Assembly: GCA_040954595.2 (NCBI GenBank)
Contig: CM082585.2
Coordinates: forward strand, 11,931,863 to 11,995,862
DNA: 64,000 bases
Reading direction: 5' to 3'
DNA from: Balanoglossus misakiensis
Lineage: Eukaryota > Animalia > Hemichordata
In this document: in pieces, positions 1 through 12,200 of the stretch
How positions within the stretch are numbered: position 1 is the first letter of the stretch
Layout of the letters: the number at the start of each line of letters is the position of its first letter
Translations under genes and position numbers: made by a program
The notes under the pieces: model-generated
Seen by the model: the letters and a program-made list of their open reading frames with translations, nothing else
Told to the model about the DNA's origin: nothing
Database searches by the model: none

Positions 1-229
1 CAAAGCTGAATAAATTAGTTGAGTAACATGTTTATGGGACTATAAAGATGTTGATGATATGGTGTGATGACAGCCAACAAAAATGGCCTTCTAGATTTTC
101 CATTACAGTATATGTGGACATTCAAATCTTTGGATTGAATTTTTGAACAGACAACCCCAAAAAATCAGACAAATAAGAAGATGGCAAAAATGGTGTTGGG
201 AATTCTCCCACTACAAACCGAATACTCAC

Positions 230-3200
230 CATTAGACGGACATCAATTTCCTGAGAAAGTATATCAAAAATATCGGCCAAGATGCCAAAGTTGTAGAGGA
301 TGGTTTGATTCATTGGGTGACGTTCTTCTGGTTCATTCTCTAATGAACAGAACCTGTATGAAAGTATGAAAAAGAAAGATTTTTGTGTCATTATCATACA
401 GAATATATCCTTTATTACAGTTGCTATTTCAGCCAGTCACACGTCAGTCAGGATGGGTCACATGTAGAAGAAGCATCCATCTTCCAAGTCTCTTACACAC
501 ACGACTGAATTATCCACAAGATTATCAACTTTACCCAATCATCATGTCCAGTATCTCTCCCATGACCAGACACTGTTCGCTGCTCATCTTGGTTTCGGCC
601 AATCTCCTCATGATCGGAAGCTTTTCCTCCAACTTTTTCAAAACTTGGACGGATTTGTCAGTGAGAAGTACCTTTTGAGAGAAATCATACATGTTCAGAT
701 CAAAACAATGGATTTGGACCAAACCAGGGTGGTCAAATGGTTTAATGCTTCTTTCATCATCAGATTGGTTGACCAGATTCTTTTCTTTCCAATACTGCGG
801 GTGATGGAGTGAAATCGAATCTTCTTACCTGTGCCTGTACTGCTCGGCTGAAGAGATTTGAAAAGGCTGAATAGCGTCGATTGAGAAGATGCATGGATTG
901 CTGTATCATCTTGTCATAATTGTAATTTGACAGATCCTGTCAGACAAATGGAAATTATGACTTCATATTTAATTTTGGAGAAAGAATCTGGCCTTAATCT
1001 CATTACAGAATCTCTTCTGTACAACACATCGTCATATTGTGTGTTTCCCATGTTATTGTAAGTGTACAGCAAGGTTTGATAAATCCTTTCAAGGGTACAG
1101 AAACAGATGAGCAATTACCATCAGAATCTCGGTGAGTTCCCCTCCTCTGAAGTAAGCCGTGTCTTTGAACATTTCATCCAAACTATGAATTGCTTTCCTC
1201 GCATGGCTGCAAAGAAAATAAGTTTCAAATTAAAACATCGTGTAATTGATGATTTTCAACTCATTGCTAGATCTCACTAGATTTGGTCAATGAACACTCT
1301 CTGCAATTGTTTTCTTAGACCACGGTTCTTAAAATGTACAGCTATGTTTCAAAATACTTTTGTGGCAATTTAACTGTAGATCACAGAATGTGGACAGCTT
1401 AGATTTACCTTTTGTTTTTGTCATAAGGATCAAAGTCTTCTCTTAGCAAAGTTTCCAACTCTGAACCAGTGAACATCTAAAAATAAAAATAAATTCAAAA
1501 ACATGTGAAGTTGTTGTTGTCATCAGATATACATAATCAATAAACGAGAGTTTGAAAGACTCGATTCCTACCATATTAGGAATGTTGTAAAATCTAAAAT
1601 TACACAAAATGACTCACTACACTTTTTCCAGTGTCAATGGCATGCGTCTGGTTGTGCAGTTTTTTGAAGGTGGCGATGAATCTCTCAAGTCTTGTGTTGA
1701 AACGATAATTGAAGAACAAATCTATCACGTCCATGGCCCTATAAGGAAAGAACATCCAATATTCACACAAACAGATCTTTCAGAAATGTTCTATGTATGG
1801 TTCCACCCATAGCATAGAAAACAACTGACCCAAATCAACTTGCAGTAATGACAGGGAATGTGACACTCACATGTACTTAGCATCCACCACTGACTTTGCT
1901 TCTGGACTTTGTTCAAATCGTTGTTTCTTCCTGTAATGTTCCAGAACTTCTGTCCTGGCCGCTGGACCGCCTTGTTGAGTACTGTTAGGGTACGGTTTGT
2001 CATTTCGGCCGTCCATCAAACTCATCATTGGTTTCAGTAAGTTGACTATGTCATCTGTGCTGCCATAGTAACCAAATTTGACCAATGTGTGGACCAGTTT
2101 AAGAACCTGCAGTGACAATGTATGAATATGTTTTTGTAGTTTGATTTGCTTGAAAGTATTTCTTCAAATTAAAGTAAAATTGTAAATCTTTAAAAGAGAA
2201 ATACCTGTTCGACGAGCATATTGTGACCAATCAGAGATGCTGTCATATCGGTGTTCTGTGCTAAAAATCCATTGACCCATTGCCTCAGTTGTGGGAAGTA
2301 GATGTTCTTCAATGTTCCTTCAGGAACCTGAAAATCACATGAAAAAAGACACTCATCATGACATGTTCAAAGAGAACTCTTTCAATTACAAGCACAGGTT
2401 ATACATTTTCCATATCTACAAAATATACATTTATTTTAAAGTTTTAGAGTGTCAATGTGTGTAAGTATTTTCTACTCATTCTGTTGTCAATTGTGGTCTG
2501 GCAAAAAGCTAACACCATGAAAAGCAGTCTTCCATGGAAAATAGACTTACAGGCTGCTCCAGAAATTTTCCGTGATCGATGTTGTCCCACTGGAAGGATA
2601 GTTTGATCCGTTCAAGGAATGAATGATTCTCACCAACATCCACAAACAAACCTAGTCAGACAAGAAAAATATTATTTCAGTTGAAAGAACATAGATGCTT
2701 TGGAATGTTTACTCCATGGGTATTTCTGACTAATGATATCAAAAACTGGCACATGCCACCTCATTATATACTGTACAAGCAAATACAACTTCGAGAGACT
2801 TACTGATAATCAAGGCACAGTATTTGGCACGTAGCTGATCTGGTAACTTTTCATTCTTCAAACAATGGAAAGCCTCCTCCCATGTTAAATAACGAAGATC
2901 TTCTGTAATCACTTTGATTGCGAAGTCATTACGACCCTGAAAGAATGAAATGAATCGTTTCGTATCAATTTTCTTAAAATTTTACATCGACTGAAGGTCT
3001 TGATCAAAATTTTATTTAAAAAAATGACAAGTTAACTGTGGCGTTGAAAGTGTTAAACACACTATACTCACATGACAAAGCTTTCCGAAAAGATCTAACT
3101 GGTGATCCAGAAAGAGAAACTGTTCACTGTTGACGTCTGCTGTGAATTCTTGCAGAGGTGTCCAGCGTTTGCCTTTGTCTGTCGAGACGTACATCGTATC

Positions 3201-6200
3201 TGGATCTTTCCCCAGTACAGAGCCCAACTCAGTTAAATATAAACATGACTGTTGGGGTCAAATCAAAAACAAGTAGAAATGTTTGACACTTGCTCCAAAT
3301 TTTATCAGGATGAACTCAACGACTGAATTAGTCAAGAAAAATGTAGCAGAAGTACAGAAAGACAGTCTATAGCCAGACTAGCCATATTTTTTTCAAGAAT
3401 ACACACACAAAGTAGGTTTAATACTCTCCCTGTACATCAACATAAAATTTATGTAAACACACATCAAAATGGTCAATGACTTCAAAATCCTTATTAAAAA
3501 GATTGGATGTTTAGCAAGAAAATGTTAAGAATTAGACAATATTAACATTTCAGAACACGAAGAGAACATCATTAGAAGAGAATAAAATAGAAAAGTATGA
3601 ACACACATTTTCCTGGAGTATCAAAAAAAAACACAATCATTGGCTGCCTACTTTATTCTGCCTGTTTTTCCTCTGAAGTTGCAATGGTGCAAAAAAAATC
3701 AGTAACTCTTGTCATTGTTGCAAAAATATGAATAATTTGATGTGAAAAGGAAGAGAGAACAGACACCTTAAATTCAAAACAAATTGCTGAAACTAAAGGT
3801 TTAATTAATGTATTTGGAAAGACTGTTAAATCTGTCGTGTAATTGTGATACTGACCTGGGCACCATCTTTCCCTTTGACTAGCCAGACATCAGTGATGTA
3901 CGCTAAAGGTGATCAAATTGAAAACAAAATTGGTAGAGTTATAAAATATATGTGAGAAGAATTTACATGTAAATCCCCTGTATTGTCACAATAAAAGCAA
4001 TAGCAAAACTGCACAAAAATGTGAAGCTAAGTGTCTCAACACTAATCGTGCACATTTTGTTTGCATATCCGATAATCTGAACTCAAAATTCTCTTGAAAC
4101 AATATAAGAAACCGTAGACTTACTTTGATTATCTGGTATAGCTACACCATCACACACACACATCACACTCAACAAATCTAAGTATCTGTAATTCTGTAGG
4201 AAAAAAAACATAAAAACATAAACTGCACCATCACGAAAAAGTGAGCATTTTTTAATCTAACTCAGAGACTGGCAACTAAAGAGGAAGGAAACAGAAAGTA
4301 CACACCGTTTAACCCTTTCGCCCCTATTTCCTTATACAGAGGTCTATCTTTACTATGGAAATCAATGGGGTTGGACCAAACCATGGTGGCAAATGGGTAA
4401 AGTCAACACACACTTACTTTGTTTTTCCTCAGCAAATCCACAAAGGAGTCAATCTGCGTTCTTGTGAGTCTGTCAATGATCTTTCTGTTGTCTTGAAACA
4501 ATTCCATCACCATGTGGGCGGCATGCAAACCTATGTTACCCTGCATTGCAAGACAAAACAAAACAATGATTTACGTGGAATTACCAAGTCAGTTTTCCAA
4601 CCTTAGTAAAAACATTGTGTTCAATGGTAAACATGGAAGACTGAAAGATTCAGTCCTGTTCGAGCGCTCCTAAGACCCTTTCCAGGGACTAGGCATTGCT
4701 TTAGCGCACGGACAATGCTGAATCTTTCAGTCTATAAACATGGTAGAAGGCAGCAAATTGATCACTAAACCCGGAATCATTTCTTGACTGCAGAATTTTA
4801 ACAAACAAGAGATACTCACCTCTCGCAGGATTTGCGTTTGGAAGAAATCAATGAACCTCGCGATGTAGAGTTCATTCTTTCTGCTGTCACCGAGTACATA
4901 CGTGTGCATCACGTTGTAACACTCCACAATAATCTGAATCGCAAATCTAAAGAAAACACAGACATCACAAAAGTCACTATTATAGCTAGGAAACACAAGA
5001 TTCATTACAGAACATTACTGTACATGTACTGTTGTAAAACAGGAAATATTCGCGAACGATAAATTTGCGCAAACTGAGACGTAAATTAAGACATGTGGGA
5101 ATGAACTTATATCTGTGCTTTTTCATTCACACTTCTATTCCCGCTGTTGTCCATAATCAAAACAACTGTTTACATGTGTATCGTACAGCGTGCCTTTAAG
5201 TAAACAACCTACCTCTCATCACTTGTCCCAATATACGAGAGTTGACTGATTTGAACCAGCAATTCCAAGACTTTGAGATTCCGCAATAATTTCTGTCTGT
5301 CTTTTACAGGTTCTCCTTTGTATATCATGAACTGTTTCAGTTCTTCCAATGCATGTAAGATTTCATGGACCTTCTTGGCAGTCAGAACCATGCCTTTCTT
5401 TTTCTATTCAATAAAAAGTGTTTTGCTTGATGTCAATATTGCACAGACAGTAGAAATCATGAGAAGGAAAGCCCCATAGTTGTACCTTTGTTTTTCCCTT
5501 CAGAAGATATTCACTTCTCATCTAATCATGCATCATGAAGGAGGAGTATAAACATGTAAACAATCCACAAGAAAATTATTAATATTAATAATCATCAGCT
5601 CTCCTTTTCATAGTTCTGCATTCTTGCTGTAATTTCATGGGTGGAGTAGAATGTCACGGGAAAGTGTTTTTAATACTCACATCATCGATGAACTTCTGAA
5701 GGATTGGAACCATGCCAGAAACAAAGTTGAAAATCTCCACCAAATCTTCCCTCACCTAGGATATAAAGATTGAAAGAGAGAGTTTAAACCAACAGGGAAC
5801 ATTGAGGAAAATATACATGTACATGTTGGTTTGGTCACCACTTTCGTTTTGTGTAAAGATGAACTTTGGTAACATAAACATCATTTTAGACAAAAGGATA
5901 GCATGAAAACAGTGAAATACAGTTTTCTTTTAAACCCTGCTTACCATTTGAATTGTAAATGCATCATCGTAAAGTTTAGCTTCACTGGCTGTGACTTTCT
6001 TAAGTGTGGCTTTGTCCCATTGGAGTCCACTCATAGATTCTGCTTGTTTGCCTGCAGGAGAAAAAGAGGATTCATTTGGTTTCATGTAAACAATTATCAG
6101 GTCACTACACTAATTGCATCACATGTTTGGACATGTATCTCTCATGGCCTTCACACTGGGACCATTCAGATTTGAGATGGCTTTGCCTGCTAGACCTGAG

Positions 6201-9200
6201 CCAGTGTAAGGAAGCCAAAGATAATTACAAACCTGCTTCGTGCCAAACTTTTGACTTGTTACTCTGGTAAATTTCTGCAAAGCAATGTTAGAAAAAAATT
6301 ATGTTTCTTCTACTGAAAATAATATGAAAATGATGCCAGCATTGTGATATTTCTCAAGTACATGTACTGATCACAGATTTCTTATTATAAATTTTTATTT
6401 TAAGAAAGTGACAAAGCCACGTTTTGGACTGCAATTGTCGCATCATATGAGACAAGTCCATAAATTTTGACGTACCACTGAGACCATGAAGCCAGCAACC
6501 GGTGACGACATGCTCAATTCTACAGTAACTCTCAAACTGCATTTCATCCATGTCTGGTATTACAGGATGCATTCTAAATACTGTCTTCGGATCTGATGCA
6601 GAGTCTGTCAGTGTTACCTAGGAAACAAAGAAATTCACTCTTATAGAATGTGTTGGATAGATCAACAGCAAAGAAACTATATCATGGAATGTAAACTCTA
6701 ATTGACCCACAGCAGGGGGCCAGGTTGTAATCGAAACATATCAGGTACGCGTGATATAACCAAAAGATTTACAGTCTAATTGGTGAACATTCTACCGGTA
6801 ATCTTGTAGTGTTCCCCATTCTCATTTCAAGGAATTGATCCCTAGATTTGATTTATGAAGCGTTGGGCCGTAAAAATACCAGGTACATTTCTCACCAATG
6901 ATATGAGACACAGGTTTTGATCAAAAGTATAGCTTTCTCAAATAACAATGATATACACATGTGGATGATTATCTGGGCCTTTATCACTGAAGTGAATCAG
7001 TGAACAATTTTGATGACAGATTCACAGAACTGCTAAACATGCCCTTTAAACTCTAAGTGAGAAAAACAAAGTAATAGAAACCAGACACCAGAGCAAGTGT
7101 CATAAAAAGCAAGATTTATACTCATTACATCAGGGAATTTTTTTGTTTTACTTCCTCATTTTGCAAAAAATTGGCAAATGTCCACCAACATTCCGAAATT
7201 CACAAGCTTTAGTGGCAATATAAAAAAGTATTCTCATAACTGCCTCAAACACTTCAACCGTTCTAAGGGTTCACACTGATCCAACAAGATACCTTTGTGA
7301 TTTAGGGTTCTGTGGAAGGATTTTTCAGTGTTAGTCTACTGGTACAATTGCCTCTTACCTGAATATCATTGCCTTTACCAGTAATGCTCAGATATTTCCT
7401 TGTTATGAAATGCCGGATTCGACATTGCTGTTCCCATCGCATTGTCTCCCCTGAACAAACATGGAATTACGTTAGAAGACTGAGTATTAAGGGTGCATGT
7501 GCTTCTATGTCAAAGGGATGGGAAAAAGGTGATCGGTATAGACAGGTTTCCAGATTAGACAGGGTTCAGTTTAGATAGGTTTTACTGTACTAATATATGT
7601 ACATGCAAGACAAGAGAATCTGTGAATTACCTTTCATCATACCCTCTTCAGCTTCAATCTGCCAATATGTGATGGCTGATGTGGACGGGAATAGAGTCTT
7701 CGGATTGTTGGGGTCTGTCAGTCGTACTCGTAAATGAACTTGAGAGAGGAAAAACAAATATAATATTTGTGAATATTTCGTCAAGTGATCCAGTTTATGG
7801 ATTTCTTTTTGTTTGTTTTCTTTGTACTAGACTTTGAATAACCTTTGAAAGAGCAAAGTGACGAACACCATCAGAACAAAATGAGCCAAAGTGGAACCTA
7901 AACAGAAACACGTTAGAAGATGGAAACTGTATGTAGTAATTGATGAACTGATATGCGGTAGATTCATGCTATATGGAAGATACATAAGTTAAAGTAAGTG
8001 GAAATCTTTCCTGTGTTTCATTGCTGTAATGGAGACTTGATCAAAATGCAAAACAATTTGAACATGAAATTGAAAAACGTGCCCAGAAAATTACAAAAAA
8101 GTAAATTATCAGAATCTAGACATAAACAATTGAAGATGCATATTGATATTTGAAACATAGAAACTGAAAGAACTTATGTCATCTATGAGGAGAGTTCAAA
8201 TAATTAAGTTTTTTTTTTCTTTTAATCTGCCAACTTACCACTATAATCTAGTTGATCTGATAAACCCATGCCTATACCTGATACAATGAAAGTGCTTTTG
8301 TATTACAATTTGGATATTATAACACTACTAGAACTATTTTGTGGTAGAGATTATTTAAATCTGTTGAGAATGAAATTTTGACATTCCAAACAGCTTTCAA
8401 GAGATGTACTTTTGGAAACAAAACTTGACTGAACTTCTTTGGACTGAAAATTGTAACTTTTGTGCCGATTAACATGACAGGTCATGTGTTGTTTGTCCTG
8501 TGTCACGAGAATGTCCCCCATATAAAATGCCTAGCAACGAGAAATCTCACAGGGTCTCGTGGAGTTCGGATAATGGTCTGCTAGACAGTCTTGATATAAA
8601 GAGATAAATGCCAGAGAGAAATTCATATAATAAGACGTACCATTTTCACTGATTTCTGCATCAAACAATCCTTCTGCTGTGAGGTAGGCTTCTAATTCTT
8701 TGTGGAAGAGTCGAAACACAGACCCAGCCTAAAACAATAGTCAACAAGTACAGTTACATTACAGGGACAGAGTCGCACTCTCGCTGCCCCTTTTCCATTA
8801 ATTATGCAAGGAGAATTCATAGTCCAAGTGTTTCATCTGCAAGGAGAATAATGCCATCACCGACAGGAACTTGTAAAGGAGCTAGAAGTTACTAATCTCA
8901 CCTTGATAATATCTGTATGTTCCAAGTCCGGTTTGTCGTATCGATGCAGAGTGAATCCTGATTGCCTAACAGACAAGTTTAATTCTAATCTGTAACAGAT
9001 CAGATCAACATAATATAAAGTGTTGGTGGTGAAGAAAGAAATGAAAATGTCACAATGAACACAGTTGATCTGAAATGATAGGCTTGGTCAGTAATGGGAT
9101 GTGCTTCTCTATGAAAATTTTGATTATGTGAGAAACTGATTAAAGGGTACTGTTTCAAAACATGATTAAAGTTCCACTCTATTCAGGCTTCTAACTTCCA

Positions 9201-12200
9201 TATGGTATAGATTACTGGGGAATCAGGATGTGTTTGTTTGAAACTTACGAAGTTGAATTCACCGATTTTTGACCAAAGACAGCTTTACTAACGTGAAGAT
9301 ATTGGCCAGCAGATTTGAAGCTCTCCAAGACAATCTGATCATCGACTTGAACCTAGGGATCAAAAAACAACGAAGCTTTATGAGAGTTTTGTGGCAAGTG
9401 CGTCAAGTGTTTAGAAACGTTCCTTTACACGACACTGGTCAGTGGTGATGTCGATAGTTTTTGTTTAATTTGAAACAAGCTCTGTGTAAAACCATCCCTT
9501 ACCGTGTCACCTTCAGATTTGACTTTGTACCGTGGCATAATCTTAAACTGAGCATTTTTGGCGTTGAAATCGAGCAAGTCCACCTGCAAAACAAATCAAA
9601 TTAATAGATGTCAGCAATAAATATATCCCTTTCCATAACAATATGCAAGTCCAAAACTATTGTTTTGACTCAAATAGCTTACTAATTATTGTACCATTGA
9701 TTGATTCTGGTCACAAAATCAAACAGTTGTTATTGGATGAAGACTATCACATGATTTCTAAGTCATCTGTTCCAATAGCATTGACTCATACCTGCATGTT
9801 ACTGTATTCTGTTGTTGAAGTATTTGTTGTACTGACATGAATGTATTTCCCAGTAAACTGGTGTTTGAGCTGAAAAAAAGGAAAGAGAAAATCATGTATT
9901 TCAATCTCAGTACTTAAAGTTTTCACTCTCGGCGACAAATATTAGGTGAACATCAGTTGCAGTCATGGTTAAGACTTTTATACTTGTTTATCATATCTGG
10001 TGCATTGAGGGTTATGTTATCTGTATTGTATGTGTCTGGATTGAGGGCCGTGGGTTAACACATAGACCTTAGCGTGAACACGGTACTAGGTCAAAGTTTA
10101 ATGTTACTTTACTTACCTGTACAACTTGGCCATACTTGACTTGTTTTCCATGTTGTCTTTTCTGTTCCTGTTCATTGTCGTTCTGTTCAGCATCTGCTGC
10201 AATCTAACAAACACAGATGATGATACCAAATTAAGATTCATATTATATATTGAATACAACAGGTTGTTGGTGATCAGTCAAAGGCTTTAAACATGAGATT
10301 TGAATCCTTACCTTCAGTTGTGAGGCTTTGTTTTTCTTGTGCAAGTTATTTGGGTCTCCACTGTAAGGCAGAAAGAAAACTTTGTCTTAGAATTTGCATG
10401 AAAAGAAAAATATGAAATCAACATTTAAGAACTACTATTTATGAGAATGTCAATCAGTTTCTTTCAATATTCCAAAAGCCTTTACATCTCAGCCTCACAA
10501 AGCAGAATTTGCAATGCCAGAGTGAATTGACAACAAACTCAATGCTGACAAACAGAAATCCCTTCTAGCTCCATGTCCCACCACTGCTAATGGGACGGCC
10601 ATTATGTGTTTATGACATGTGTACAAAGAACACAATCTAAGATAAACCAGAGAATTAATACAGACATATATTAAATTTTATCTGACTAAAAAAGTCAGTG
10701 ATTGCAGATAATAGCCAGTCACAGATCTGCCTGCCCGTCAGAGCTCAACATGCCATATGATAATACTACTGGTACATGCACATTAACCAGGGAAGACATT
10801 GTTTATTAATGCTATTGTTTGTCTTCTGGGGGATGGGTACAGCACAGATCACTTTCAATAGTGTCATTTCCAATTGTCTAAGTTACATAACACATTGTAT
10901 TATTTGAAGGTGTCTCTAAAGACACATAAACAACAGATTCACTAAGATACACGTACAACAAATAAATGAGGAAGCACTTTCAGGGGGTAGAGGGGGGTGG
11001 TGTTTATACATGTATCAGCCAATTAAACCCAATTCTAACGGGGAGCTCGTGAGGTTACCATGATTACATTCAGACTAATATGACTATAGCAGAAATATCA
11101 AGAAAGTTTACCTGTCAGCTTCCCTGTGAATGACAGAAATGACAGAAAGAAACGCAGCAACAGAATAACAGAGAAAGTGTGATTATGACGAGAAAGTTCG
11201 GGACTGGTCAGTTTCTTGGGGGGGGGGGGGAGATGGTTAATCTATTTGCTTTGATGCAAGATATTGGAAAACCTCTCTGTAACAAAAACATTCAAAGTAC
11301 TGAAACCTACAGCCATCAAATGCAGCTCGATTCCCTCCGTAGCTCAACTACTTTGTGATGACATACAGATTTTAGATTGATAAAATATTATAATAATTAT
11401 GTACTCACTCGCTTTGTTCTTGTGCTCTTCGGTACTTCTTTTGTGCTTTGTATCTGTTTTGAATACATACTTGAAAAGTTGCAACTGAAATGAAATGAAC
11501 AAAGAGAATAGACAACAGAAATCAAGTCTCATTTCACAGTCACTCCACATTATAAATGTATAATACTTTTTTATGTTTCTAATCCTTGCATATTATATCC
11601 TTGAGATGTCCTCCCATATAAACTGCCTGGGCGCGCGAGATCTCGTCGAGTCTCGTGGAGTTCCGAAAATTGTCTATTTCAACAACTATTGTCTCTCGAT
11701 CTGCAGACTATACAGCTATTGGAAGTGGAGGAGGGATATGGATCTATACCAAACACAAGACAAACAGCTAAAATGATCACAAATCATGCTGATTGTCTCC
11801 CTGCTCCAAGTGCAAAACTTCAATGGTTTTGGAAAAATCCGTGCATCGACGCAGATTTGCCCTGGAGGGATCGGACTGACGAGGCTACTGGATCTCAGGC
11901 CATGATGAAGACAAGTTCCTCAGAGACTCCGGTAAGAAAAGCACATTTAAATCATAACCCAGCAAGATCGCCATCAAACGTAGCCCCAAATCAGTGTTAC
12001 TGACCATATAAACGTTGAAGTAAAACGAATGTGTTGGCAAAATGCTTGTGTCAACAAAAAATGACTAAGTAGTCTCACATCATCTTGCCAAGATTCCAAT
12101 ATTTAGGCGCGACTCATGCCAGTAAATTTTACCTTGCGGATTTGGTAAATTCGGTTTTTCCTTGTCCTGCTTCGGTGCTACGTGAAGTGCGGTGTGTGAT

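Noticed and set aside
1572-1593. 22-nt AG...GT segment in an IP3R-like intron
   Set aside because: Frameshifting, and the upstream intron would be only ~24 nt.
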